A DNA stretch of 64,000 nucleotides, taken from positions 12,954 to 76,953 of IMG/VR virus record IMGVR_UViG_3300021560_000015, one strand, 5' to 3'. Positions 8,548 through 18,039 of the stretch are shown piece by piece. Both the position numbers and the translations under genes were made by a program. The number at the start of each line of letters is the position of its first letter. Position 1 is the stretch's first letter. Origin of the DNA: a virus. Its lineage: Duplodnaviria; Caudoviricetes. The notes beneath the pieces are model-generated. The model was not told the DNA's origin, did no database searches, and was given only the letters and a program-made list of their open reading frames with translations.

Positions 8548-8973
8548 ATGACCGACACCGACACCAAGGTCTTGGCTGCCCAAAACGGACAGCGCGAACA
8601 CGCCAAGCGCGCCACCCTGGAAATGCTGCGGGAGAAGAAGCCCGCCGAGCGCGAGGTAGTCACCCGGTTGTCACCGGACAGCGAGGAAGTCTCCTTCCTG
8701 CTGCGCGCGATGAGCGCCACCGGATACGACAAGCTGGTCACCCGACACCCGCCCACCAACGAGCAGCAGGTCGATGGCGCCCAGTTCAACGTGGACACCT
8801 TCGCGCCGGCGCTGATGGCTCGGGTGATCGTCGAGCCGGAGGCCGAGGAGTCCTTCTGGCTCGAGCGCTGGAAGGACCCGAACTGGGGCCGCGGCGAGAT
8901 CGGCAGCCTGTACTTCGCCTGCAGCGAGCTGTGCAACCGAGGTCTCGATCTGGTCCCTTTCGTCGACGGCTAA
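8548..8973 (+). CDS. Tail assembly chaperone (gpG analogue)
   Basis: SD GGAGGAG before ATG 8548; position between tube and tape measure; overlapping -1 ORF downstream. Confidence 0.8.
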   Translation: MTDTDTKVLAAQNGQREHAKRATLEMLREKKPAEREVVTRLSPDSEEVSFLLRAMSATGYDKLVTRHPPTNEQQVDGAQFNVDTFAPALMARVIVEPEAEESFWLERWKDPNWGRGEIGSLYFACSELCNRGLDLVPFVDG

Positions 8974-9395
8974 GGCGGGACCAGAACTTCTACCTCGAGT
9001 TGACCTTTTGCAACGAGGCGGGCATTCCGCACTCCTTCTTTCTCGGTGAGTCCCCGATGCACTGGTCCAGCGAGGACCGGGCCAAGGCGATTGCCTTCAT
9101 CATCGAGAAGGGCGCGCGCTGCACGCTGTGCGGCACCGCCCAGTGGGAGTGGGCCGAGAATCGTTACGCCTATGAGCCGGCGGTGCGCATCTGTCGCGGT
9201 TGCGAGATGAAGGAGTCGGTCTCCAATGAGACCAACCGGCAGCCAGGTCTGACCGTTGAGCTAGCTCCCACGGTTGGGCTCGAGGCAGCCAGACGACAGC
9301 TGGCGCAGGAGAAGCGGATGCGCATCCTGTCCCGCGATGATGAGGACGAGAAGCTCAAGCCCATCCCGGTGCCGCCTACTCAGACGCTGGCCTAG
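8548..9395 (+). CDS. Tail assembly chaperone, frameshifted form (gpGT analogue)
   Basis: The -1 frame after the slippery site encodes ...RDQNFYLELTFCNEAGIPHSFFLG...CTLCGT...CRGC and ends 3 nt before the tape measure ATG. Confidence 0.75.
8955..8961 (+). other. -1 programmed frameshift slippery site C CCT TTC
   Basis: XXXYYYZ heptamer in the correct frame four codons before the gpG stop; the -1 frame is open to 9395 with no start of its own. Confidence 0.75.
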
Positions 9396-9398
9396 TCG

Positions 9399-12300
9399 AT
9401 GACCACCTTCGCGGACCCGATGCCGACACCGTATGACGGTGGCGGTGGCGATGTCAGCCGCTCTGCAACGGTCCAGCTGGACGCAAACACCAGTGGTTAC
9501 CAGCAGCAGATGCGCGCGGCGCAGGCGGCCACCGCACAGCTGACCCAGGGCGTCACCCAGCTGTCCTTCCACGTGGACAACCTGTTCAAGGCGGCCGGCA
9601 AGGGCCTGAAGATCATCTCGGCTGGCGACGTAGCGCTGATGACCAGCGCGGTGGCCAGCGCTGCCAGCTTCCAGCAGCAGATGGGCACGCTGAGCGCCAC
9701 CGCCGCGGTGACCGGCAAGTCGATGTCCACCTTCTCCAGTGCAGTCAACAACGCCTTCGTCAAGTTCCCGCAGTCCCGCGGCGAGATCGTGCAGATGGTG
9801 CAGAGCCTGGCCGGCCTGTCGGTGGGCAGCAAGTACATCGGGCAGATCACCCAGGAGGCCATCAAGCTCGAGACCGCGCTGGGCGAGCAGGGCGTAGGCG
9901 CCGCGCTGGTGCAGCTGGACCGCACCATGGGCGTCACCCAGGCCCGGTTCGGCAACATGGCCAACAGCCTGCTGACGCTGGCCAAGAACGCCGGCGTGTC
10001 CGGTGGCGGGATCGCCCAGCAGGCGCAAATGATCGCGCCGATCTCCCGGATGGCCGGTATGCGGCCGGGCCAGATCCTGGGTGCGGCCACCGCGATGCAG
10101 CGCTCCGGCGCATCAGCGGGCACTGCGGCGAGCATGTGGAACTCGATGCTCACCGACATGATGACCATGGCGCGCACCGGTGACCCGAACCTGACCCAGT
10201 ACTCCTCCTTCATGGGAATGAGTCAGGGTCAGCTCACCCGGATGATCAACCGTGGTCAGGCTGGCCAGGCGATGGGCGCCATCTTCCGGCAGTTGAGTCG
10301 CGGTGGCGCGCCGGCACTGAACTTCGTCAACCAGATGGGCTGGGGGCCACGCGGCATCAGCGCTGCGCAGGCGCTCTCGAATGCCCAGCTGCAGCGAATG
10401 ATGACCATGGGCCAGGGCGCCACGGCGAACCAGGCCAACCTCAACAAGGGCTTCCAGGCGGCCACCAACAACCTCGTGGACTCGATGTCCAAGCTGCACA
10501 ACCAGGTCACCATGCTGGTCGAGCAACTGGGCGCCCCGCTGCTGGGGCCGCTGACTGCGTTCGCGAAGGCAATGTCCAGTGTCGTAGGAGTGATATCCAA
10601 GATCGCCGGCGCACCAGTCATTCACCAAATGCTGACCGCAGCGGGGGTGGCTGCCCCGTTGGGGCTTGGAGCAGGGGCGCTCGTATTGCGCCACCTTCCG
10701 ATGATCATGGGCATGGCCACCATCAACTTGCTGCGCAAGACTGGCCTGGGTGTTGCCTTCCGAGAGGGCCGAGCACAGGCTGCCGGCGCCCTGGCGCCCG
10801 GCGAGGCGCTCATCGGTTCCCAGATCGCGGCTGCCGGTGGCATAGGGGCCGCAGTACGTGGTGGCGGGATCAACGCACGCGCGGCGGGTGCCTACATGAT
10901 GGGCCAGCGCTTCGGCGGTTGGTTCGGCGCAGCCCCTGCAGCCGGCGCAGGTGGCCCCGGCATGATCCGGCGTGGGCTGGCCTACGGGTTGCGCGGCATC
11001 GGGTTGGGTGGCGCGTGGGCCTACAACATGCAGGCGCAGACGCTGCGCGATGCGCGGCTGGAGGGCTACGCCCGCTCGGCCTACGCCGGCACGGGACTGG
11101 GCACCGGCCAGGCGGCTGCCGAACAAGCCTCGATCCGCGCCCGGATCGCAGCCGAGAAGATGACGACCGACCAGCTGCTGGCCAATGCCGGACTACTCGG
11201 TGTGGCCAAGCAGTCCATCCGTGACCTGACTCGCGCCGGATTTCGGTATGCGAGTGAGGCCGGCAAGACCGGTGCCGCGCTGGCCGGCGGCGCGCTCTGG
11301 GGCGGCGTCAAGGGCTTCGGTAGGGGACTGCGCGGAATGGCCGGCCGAGCGCTGTTCGGCCCGTCGATGCCCAGCTTCGAGGCACAGCGAGCTGCCGAGC
11401 TCAAGGTGCAGGAGGCGGACGCGCGACTCGCGACAGCGATGGAGGCGCAGGCCGCTGCTGTCGGCAAGGGCACCGCAGCGATGACCAAGGCCAACGAGGC
11501 CTATGTCAAAGCAGTGCTGGATGTAGATGCGGCGCTGGTGGAGCAGGCTGCGGTAGCTCGAGCATCGGCAAAGCGGGGCCTGATCTCCGGCGGACCCGGT
11601 GGTGCAGGCGTCCTCGGCGGGATGCTCGGCATCGGTCGTGGTCGTGGCTACGGGATGGGCGTGGGCATGACGGCCATGCTGGCCAGCACCTTCCTGCCCG
11701 GCACCTTGGGCAGGGTTGCGGGCGGCGTCGGCACCGGCGCGATGATCGGCTCGATGATCCCCATTCCGGGTGCCACCGTCGCAGGCATGGCGATTGGCGG
11801 GCTGACCAGCTGGCTCACCCGTCCCAAGGCACCGCCTAAACCGGACCCGGCACTAGAAGCGGCCAAGCGTGCCGTGCCTAGCCAGGCCCAGGCGGTTCAG
11901 AACGCCATGGCGATGACCGGTTCCGTCAAGTCGCCGGCCGTCAAGGCGATCATCATGGGCTACGCCCGCAAGGAGGGGATGGTTGCCGACGCCAAGAAGG
12001 CCGGTGTCAGCGAGGACGACCTCTACAAGGCACTGACCGGGCAGCGGATCAGCACCCAGCAAGTGCCCGCGCCCGGCATCGTGCCCTCCGGTGCGGCGAT
12101 GCCCATGGGTCCCGGCGCTGGCTACGGCAGCGCGACCCAGGTCATGGGCGAGAGCATGAGCCCGGCGCTGGCTCTGGTCCAGCGATGGGCAACCCAGGGC
12201 GGTAGCGACCGTCACCTGCAAGAGACTCGGCTGCTCGAAGGAGCGGTCAAACGCGGTGCCCGACAGTGGGCGACCGCCGGCGCTCAACCGATGACTCCGC

Positions 12301-15300
12301 TGGGCAGCTTCCTGGCAAGTAGCCGCGCCTTCCAAGCGGTCACCACTGGCAAGCTGACCGGCGCACCGGGTCCACAGCAGGCGGCCATCGAGCAGGCCTC
12401 AGCGGCTGCGCTGAAGTTTGCGGGGAACACCACCCAGGCCGTTGTGCAGTTGGAGAAGCTGGCCAACGCATCCGGTGGCGCAACAGCTGCGATAGAGCAG
12501 GGTTCCGCGCAGTGGGCTCGCATGTTCGACGACGCCAACATGCAGTACAAGTCCAAAGCGCAGCAGCTAGCCATCTTGGCACAGCGGGTTACTGCCGAGC
12601 GGCCGATGGCCACTGGGCCCCATGCCAAGCCGGAGGCCCAGAAACTCTATACGGGCGATGTGCAGGCACTGCTGGCCGGCAAGAGCGACTACAACCAGAG
12701 CCTGATCCAGCAGTACCAGGCGGCGCGCGACTTCGGCATCCAGATGACCCGGATGTACCAGCAGTACTACACCACGAGGGATCGCCAGCAGCGCGACTTC
12801 CACCGCAGCCAGGCGCGGGCCGAGCAGGACTACAACCTGTCGCGGGCGCGCGAGATCCGCGACTTCAACAGGCAGGAGCTCTACGCGGCGCAGGACTACA
12901 ACACCCAGGTCTTCCGCACCACCCAGGACTTCCACACTCAGATGAAGCGGGAGGCCGAGCAGGCTGCGCAGAGCATCTACAACCCGTTCCAGGAGGTGCA
13001 GGCCCAGGAGGTGGCCGGCGCCGGCATGACGCTCTACAACCTGCGCGATCAGAACCGGCGCATCTTCCAGCAGATCGCGCAGCTGCGGCAGGCCCGCAAG
13101 ATGGGGCTGTCCACCCAGGCCATCAAGGAACTCAACCTGGCTGACCCGCAGAACGCCCAGCAGTTGAACGCGATCGTGCAGCAGCTGGGCACTCCAGGGA
13201 TGGCCTGGCAGATCAACCAGGCGGTGGCGATCCGGGTCAAGGGCACCACCAGGCTGACCCAGAACACGCTGAACACCGAGTTCGCGAACACCATCCAGGA
13301 CTTCCATCGCGGCCTGGCCCGGATGAAGGCCGACTACGACCGCACCCACCAGCGGGCACTGGATCAGCAGCACACCGCGCTGACCGACATGGCGCACGAC
13401 TACCACGTCAACACCCGGCGCATGGTGGCCGACGAGAACACCGCCCTGCAGGACATGGCCTTCGATTTCCACCGCACGGTGAATCAGACGGTGGGCGACA
13501 TGACTCGGCAGATGACCGAGCTATATGGGTCGTTCGCGGTGAACACCACCAAGGCCATCCAGGAGATCAACAGGACCTTCGGCAAGTACGCACCGCAGCT
13601 GGCCCGCACGCTGACCGCACAGATCGCGGTGGCCGAGAGCGCGATCCAGAGCGCGGCAACCACCAGCTACGGCCAACCGGGGATGCCGGTTGGGCCCGGT
13701 CTGGGTGGCCAGATGGGCCAGGTCACTGCCGGGAGTACCGGCGTAGGCAGCACGCGTGCGCAGCGCACGGTGGCCAATGCCTTGGTCGGGGCCGGCGTGA
13801 GCGCGGCCGGCGTAGCCGGAATCATGGGCAACATCGCTCAGGAGTCCGGCTTCAATCCGCTGGCTGGTAGGGGCACCGCCCATCAAGGCATTGGGCAATG
13901 GGGTGGCTCGCGGTGGGCCGCACTGCAGGCATTCGCGCGCTCATCGGGCTCCTCGGCCTATGACCTGAACACCCAGATCGCGTTCATGATCCGCGAAGCG
14001 AGGGCTCGCGGAGATCTCAGCGCAGCCAGCCAGGCCGGCTCAGCGATGGCGGCAGCGGCCAGTTGGAACCAACGCTTTGAGGGCAGCGGAGAGAAGCCCG
14101 GCGATCCCGGTTACGCGAACCGGATGCGCTATGCGCAGGCGTGGGCGAGAAGCGCGCGCTACCAAACTGTCGGTGGCATCGGACGGAGCCCAGTCGGTCG
14201 CGGGCTACGTCGGGGACGCACCGACCAGGGCGTGGACTGGAGCGGCTCGGGCCCGATCTACGCGGTGGGCAACGGGCGCATCGCACTCGCCATCCCCAAC
14301 GATCCGGGCTGGCTGGGTTCCTACATGGTGCTCAAGCTGGACAACCCGCCGAGCCGGGACCGCCAGTTCGTCTACTACGCCGAGGGGATCCACCAGACCG
14401 TGCGCCAGGGCCAGCGGGTGCGCGCCGGCCAAGTCATCGGGCATGCCTACGGTGGCTCCTCTGGCATTGAGATCGGCTGGGCGGCCGGCGCCAGCCAGAC
14501 CACCCAGGCGCGGGCGCACAACCAACAGGCGCCAGGCAGCGACCCAGGCGCCCGGCCCTCCGGCTATGGCAGAAACTTCGCGCGCTGGATCACCGGGCAC
14601 CAGCGCGGTGGCATCAGCCAGCACGAGCACCTGGCTCGTATTGCCGAGCACAACATGCCGGAGGCGGTCATCCCGCTGGACAACCGCGGCCACCAGTTCC
14701 TGCGCAACATGTACGCGAAGATCGCCGAAGACCTACGCCGGCTTGCTCACCATCGCCCGCGCGGAGTGACCACCGCCGATGTCGGTGCACTGCGCCAGCG
14801 CGAGCAGCAGCTCGGCCAGGCACTGCAGCACATCCATATCCACCACCATCTGACCGCGGACCAACGCTGGGTGGCCCATGTGCGGCAGCAGGAGCGCAAG
14901 GCGCTGGAGCCGATCCGGCATCGCGAGCACATCCTGGCGCTGCGGGAGAACACGCTTGAGCACAAGCTGGCCAACAAGCACCTGAGCAAGATCGCACGGG
15001 AGGGCCTGGAGACCCGCGAGAAGGGCGTGGAGAGGCGACTCGATGCGCTGCGCGCGCGTGACGATCGGGTCCGCCAGCAGTTTGAGCACAAGATCTGGTG
15101 GCATCACGCGAGCGCCGAGCAGCGCTACGAGTACACCGTGCACGAGCACATGCGGCAGCGGCTGCACCCGCTACAGCGCCAAGAGGAGAGCCTGGACAAC
15201 CGGATCCGGCGGGTGGCGCACCGGCTGGCCCATGACCGGCTGACCATGCATGAGCGACACCTATTGGAAAAGCGCGAAAAGAACCTGAAGAAGGAAGAGA

Positions 15301-16121
15301 AGAACGTCGAGAAACGCGAGACGCACGTCCGCAACGAGGCCGCGCAGACCATCCATCGGCATCGCGAGCGGATCTGGGAGCGCGGCCAGGAGCAGCAGTA
15401 TCAGCAGGCCCACCGGCGCCAGACCCAGCAGTACACCGCCGGCATCCTCGGGCGGATCGGCTATGACGCCGGGCAGGATCTGGCCAACGTCTACTTCGGC
15501 CAGGCGACCAAGCGCGACAAGGACCGATACAAGCAGTTCCAGAAGAACGTGGCCGACCTGCACGAGCTGCAGCAGGAGGCGCGGCAGCATCGGGCTCGGC
15601 ACGCCACGCACAACCACCACGGTGGCACGCACCACCATCACCACCATGGCGGCCAGCACCACCACCACGGCCCAGGATTCACGCTGGCCGAGCTGCATGC
15701 CATTTCGCGCCGGCGTGAGGAGGCTCGAGAGAGGGCGGGGGCAGCGGCGGCACGTACCGAGCTGGCCAAGATGCACCAGTACAACCTGGGCGCTTCACCC
15801 CAGTTGCGAGCAACCGAGATGCGTCATCTGCGAGAGAGAAGTATGCATCTCGCGGTCGAGATGCATGCTCCCTACGTTCGACACCACGCGGCCCAGCAAC
15901 ATCACATGGAGACGCAGCTGCACCAGCTGATACTGCATCTGCACGCTGCCCAGCGTGGGCTGCCTGGCCAGCAGCATGGTCATGCCACCTACAACCAGGA
16001 CTACCGCACCCAGTTCCAGATCCATCAGATGAACATCGCGGCCGCCGATGCGGCCAAGATTCAACGGGAGCTGGACCAGCTGGCCAGGCTGAAGAAGCTG
16101 ACCGCTCCGGCACACCACTGA
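9399..16121 (+). CDS. Tape measure protein with phage-tail-lysozyme-like and M23-like domains and a His-rich insertion
   Basis: 2240 aa, Ala/Gly/Gln-rich; GIMGNIAQESGFNP...GIGQW...RW lysozyme motif (~13820-14150); M23-like stretch (~14200-14480); RGGI...IAE...EAVIPL motif; His/Arg-rich region at ~14720-16000. Confidence 0.92.
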   Translation: MTTFADPMPTPYDGGGGDVSRSATVQLDANTSGYQQQMRAAQAATAQLTQGVTQLSFHVDNLFKAAGKGLKIISAGDVALMTSAVASAASFQQQMGTLSATAAVTGKSMSTFSSAVNNAFVKFPQSRGEIVQMVQSLAGLSVGSKYIGQITQEAIKLETALGEQGVGAALVQLDRTMGVTQARFGNMANSLLTLAKNAGVSGGGIAQQAQMIAPISRMAGMRPGQILGAATAMQRSGASAGTAASMWNSMLTDMMTMARTGDPNLTQYSSFMGMSQGQLTRMINRGQAGQAMGAIFRQLSRGGAPALNFVNQMGWGPRGISAAQALSNAQLQRMMTMGQGATANQANLNKGFQAATNNLVDSMSKLHNQVTMLVEQLGAPLLGPLTAFAKAMSSVVGVISKIAGAPVIHQMLTAAGVAAPLGLGAGALVLRHLPMIMGMATINLLRKTGLGVAFREGRAQAAGALAPGEALIGSQIAAAGGIGAAVRGGGINARAAGAYMMGQRFGGWFGAAPAAGAGGPGMIRRGLAYGLRGIGLGGAWAYNMQAQTLRDARLEGYARSAYAGTGLGTGQAAAEQASIRARIAAEKMTTDQLLANAGLLGVAKQSIRDLTRAGFRYASEAGKTGAALAGGALWGGVKGFGRGLRGMAGRALFGPSMPSFEAQRAAELKVQEADARLATAMEAQAAAVGKGTAAMTKANEAYVKAVLDVDAALVEQAAVARASAKRGLISGGPGGAGVLGGMLGIGRGRGYGMGVGMTAMLASTFLPGTLGRVAGGVGTGAMIGSMIPIPGATVAGMAIGGLTSWLTRPKAPPKPDPALEAAKRAVPSQAQAVQNAMAMTGSVKSPAVKAIIMGYARKEGMVADAKKAGVSEDDLYKALTGQRISTQQVPAPGIVPSGAAMPMGPGAGYGSATQVMGESMSPALALVQRWATQGGSDRHLQETRLLEGAVKRGARQWATAGAQPMTPLGSFLASSRAFQAVTTGKLTGAPGPQQAAIEQASAAALKFAGNTTQAVVQLEKLANASGGATAAIEQGSAQWARMFDDANMQYKSKAQQLAILAQRVTAERPMATGPHAKPEAQKLYTGDVQALLAGKSDYNQSLIQQYQAARDFGIQMTRMYQQYYTTRDRQQRDFHRSQARAEQDYNLSRAREIRDFNRQELYAAQDYNTQVFRTTQDFHTQMKREAEQAAQSIYNPFQEVQAQEVAGAGMTLYNLRDQNRRIFQQIAQLRQARKMGLSTQAIKELNLADPQNAQQLNAIVQQLGTPGMAWQINQAVAIRVKGTTRLTQNTLNTEFANTIQDFHRGLARMKADYDRTHQRALDQQHTALTDMAHDYHVNTRRMVADENTALQDMAFDFHRTVNQTVGDMTRQMTELYGSFAVNTTKAIQEINRTFGKYAPQLARTLTAQIAVAESAIQSAATTSYGQPGMPVGPGLGGQMGQVTAGSTGVGSTRAQRTVANALVGAGVSAAGVAGIMGNIAQESGFNPLAGRGTAHQGIGQWGGSRWAALQAFARSSGSSAYDLNTQIAFMIREARARGDLSAASQAGSAMAAAASWNQRFEGSGEKPGDPGYANRMRYAQAWARSARYQTVGGIGRSPVGRGLRRGRTDQGVDWSGSGPIYAVGNGRIALAIPNDPGWLGSYMVLKLDNPPSRDRQFVYYAEGIHQTVRQGQRVRAGQVIGHAYGGSSGIEIGWAAGASQTTQARAHNQQAPGSDPGARPSGYGRNFARWITGHQRGGISQHEHLARIAEHNMPEAVIPLDNRGHQFLRNMYAKIAEDLRRLAHHRPRGVTTADVGALRQREQQLGQALQHIHIHHHLTADQRWVAHVRQQERKALEPIRHREHILALRENTLEHKLANKHLSKIAREGLETREKGVERRLDALRARDDRVRQQFEHKIWWHHASAEQRYEYTVHEHMRQRLHPLQRQEESLDNRIRRVAHRLAHDRLTMHERHLLEKREKNLKKEEKNVEKRETHVRNEAAQTIHRHRERIWERGQEQQYQQAHRRQTQQYTAGILGRIGYDAGQDLANVYFGQATKRDKDRYKQFQKNVADLHELQQEARQHRARHATHNHHGGTHHHHHHGGQHHHHGPGFTLAELHAISRRREEARERAGAAAARTELAKMHQYNLGASPQLRATEMRHLRERSMHLAVEMHAPYVRHHAAQQHHMETQLHQLILHLHAAQRGLPGQQHGHATYNQDYRTQFQIHQMNIAAADAAKIQRELDQLARLKKLTAPAHH

Positions 16122-16210
16122 TGGACGGCCCCACCGTGGTCAGCATCGCGCTGGTCTGCCTGTTGATCGGGCTCGTTGTGCTGTTCGCCTGCGCTCCGCC
16201 GGCCAATTAG
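16121..16210 (+). CDS. 29-aa single-TM peptide
   Basis: ATG overlaps the tape measure TGA; MDGPTVVSIALVCLLIGLVVLFACAPPAN*. Confidence 0.45.
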   Translation: MDGPTVVSIALVCLLIGLVVLFACAPPAN

Positions 16211-16223
16211 CCGGTTTCGGGCA

Positions 16224-16272
16224 TAAAAAAAGGCCCGGACCAACCCCCCGGCCGCAGCCGGGGGGTTAGGTC
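16224..16272 (-). terminator. Intrinsic terminator at the convergence of the late and early arms
   Basis: GACC-AACCCCCCGGC/GCCGGGGGGTT-AGGTC stem with an A7 run on the + strand (U-tract on -). Confidence 0.7.
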
Positions 16273-16540
16273 AGTAGGGCTTGTCGAGATCGAGCAGCGC
16301 ATCAAGTTCGACGTACTGCGGATCGGGACGGGCGAACACGTCATTCCAGGTAAGCGGTGCTCGCTCGACACGAACGCGCTTACGCCGGCGTGCTCGCCAG
16401 GCTTTCCAGTTCTGCCAATCGACAACCAGTCCGTGCACGAGCCCGGACACTGCGCCCATCGCGAGCAGCAGCGGTATTCCGAACACGATCAGGAACGGCA
16501 GTGCCAACCCGATGATGAACAGCAGGATGACAATGAGCAC
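16271..16540 (-). CDS. Membrane protein
   Basis: Long hydrophobic N-terminus followed by RARRRKR; its GTG overlaps the upstream TAG. Confidence 0.65.
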   Translation of the reverse strand: MLIVILLFIIGLALPFLIVFGIPLLLAMGAVSGLVHGLVVDWQNWKAWRARRRKRVRVERAPLTWNDVFARPDPQYVELDALLDLDKPY

Positions 16541-16701
16541 TACTCCTCCTCGTCGAATAGTGGCTTCTTGTCGAACAGGCCTTTCGGGCTGCGGGGCGGA
16601 TCGAACAGCCCCAACGGCTGCCTTGGCGCGTCGAACAGCGGCTCACGCTTGGTGGGCGCGGGCTCGGTTGCTGCCGGCGCCTTGGTGTCGGTGTCGGGCA
16701 T
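16540..16701 (-). CDS. 53-aa peptide with four LFD motifs
   Basis: SD GAGGAGGAG; manual translation MPDTDTKAPAATEPAPTKREPLFDAPRQPLGLFDPPRSPKGLFDKKPLFDEEE*; below the ORF-track cutoff. Confidence 0.7.
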   Translation of the reverse strand: MPDTDTKAPAATEPAPTKREPLFDAPRQPLGLFDPPRSPKGLFDKKPLFDEEE

Positions 16702-16717
16702 GACTCCTCCTCTCATA

Positions 16718-16746
16718 GAGAAAGCGGCTGACGTTATGTCAGCCGC
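16718..16746 (-). terminator. Intrinsic terminator-like hairpin
   Basis: GCGGCTGAC-5nt-GTCAGCCGC followed by TTTCTCT on the - strand. Confidence 0.55.
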
Positions 16747-16842
16747 GATTGTTGGCGGGGGTGTACTGGGATACCCGCCCGGACCCCCAAACTGCCCAGG
16801 CGGGGCAGCTGGGGGGCGGGAGGGCCCATCTGTGTGTCTGTC

Positions 16843-17685
16843 TTACGGTTGGTTCGGCCGAATCTTCTTCGGCTTCTTCGGGTACTGGATCAGCTTGCTG
16901 GGCGTACGCAGGCCATGGTTGTACTCATCGACGATCATGAAGGTCCACTCATCGGAGCGCGACTCAGAACCGCCACCACCACGGCTGCGGGCGATGGCCC
17001 TGCTGTCCCACAGAGTCACCGGTGACTTGGTCAGGGTCCGCGCCAGCCGCTTGAAGTCGATGTTCACGCGGTTGGCATGGATGACCTTGCCGATCGCCTG
17101 GAGGGCGTTGGCCGACCAGGTGTCCGCCTGTCGGCCCCATGCGGTCTCAGCGACACCGAGCGTCTCGCGGAGCAGCTCGTGGTTGGCCGAGTCCAGATCC
17201 ACGATGCGCCGCGCAGCGGTCACTGCGCCGATGATGTTCGCACTTGCCGTCTTGCCGTAGTCGAGCCCGCATGCCTGCGCCTGCTGGAACATCCGACGCT
17301 CGGTACGCATGCCGGCGGTCAAGCCGACGCGGTACTGGTCGTACGGATACGGGGCCTTGCGGTTGCGGTTGAGCGCCAGGAACATCTTGGCCTCTTCGCG
17401 CAGAGTCAGACCCTCATACACGGTGCAGGCGACGGTGGTGACACCGAGGCGGTTGAGGACCTCGATGCGGTGCTGGCCATCAATGACCCATAGCGAGCCA
17501 TCCTTGCGGCGAGAGACGACCGGGATACCGAGATAATCCGGATCCCACATGGCCAGGAGCGCGATGACCCAGGTCTCCACGAGCCAGCGCTGCCGGTTCG
17601 CGTCGACGTACAGGTCTGCCACGCTCAGGGTCTCGAAAGAGATCTTGCGTGGCTTGGTGCTGGGCACCGTTTTGAGCACAGCCAT
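16843..17685 (-). CDS. ParB-N/DGQHR-type protein (DUF6551-like), copy 1
   Basis: LYVD...QR...WDPDYLGIPVVSRRKDGSLWVIDGQHR motif; SD AGGAGG. Confidence 0.75.
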   Translation of the reverse strand: MAVLKTVPSTKPRKISFETLSVADLYVDANRQRWLVETWVIALLAMWDPDYLGIPVVSRRKDGSLWVIDGQHRIEVLNRLGVTTVACTVYEGLTLREEAKMFLALNRNRKAPYPYDQYRVGLTAGMRTERRMFQQAQACGLDYGKTASANIIGAVTAARRIVDLDSANHELLRETLGVAETAWGRQADTWSANALQAIGKVIHANRVNIDFKRLARTLTKSPVTLWDSRAIARSRGGGGSESRSDEWTFMIVDEYNHGLRTPSKLIQYPKKPKKIRPNQP

Positions 17686-17710
17686 AGGGGCTGCACCTCC
17701 TAGAGGTGAG

Positions 17711-17736
17711 GAAAGCCCCGGCCGATTGACCGGGGC
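17711..17736 (-). terminator. Intrinsic terminator-like hairpin
   Basis: GCCCCGG/CCGGGGC stem followed by TTTCC on the - strand. Confidence 0.5.
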
Positions 17737-17746
17737 CCTAACGCAT

Positions 17747-17857
17747 TCAGAAGGTGCTGCTGTAGCGCGCCATCCGGTAGCGCCTGATCGTCAGGGACAG
17801 CCTGGCGAACAGGAACTCGGCGGCGAACAGCAGCACCCCGAGCAACAGTCGGAGCAT
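17747..17857 (-). CDS. 36-aa membrane peptide
   Basis: SD AAGGAGG; MLRLLLGVLLFAAEFLFARLSLTIRRYRMARYSSTF*. Confidence 0.6.
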   Translation of the reverse strand: MLRLLLGVLLFAAEFLFARLSLTIRRYRMARYSSTF

Positions 17858-17883
17858 GGAACCTCCTTGGTAGGTGGGTGTGG

Positions 17884-18039
17884 TTACCTCTTTGGGTCGT
17901 ACTGCGTGTCCTTCGTACTCCGTGTGGGGAGCGCCGTCCAGTCATGACAGAACGAGCAGTAGCCCTCCTCGAGATCCCTCGGGTGCCAACTGACCTTCCC
18001 GCAGCGCGGGCAGGTGAAGTGCGGCATCCGGTCGGCCAT
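17884..18039 (-). CDS. 51-aa zinc-ribbon protein
   Basis: Manual translation MADRMPHFTCPRCGKVSWHPRDLEEGYCSFCHDW...; two CxxC motifs. Confidence 0.7.
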   Translation of the reverse strand: MADRMPHFTCPRCGKVSWHPRDLEEGYCSFCHDWTALPTRSTKDTQYDPKR

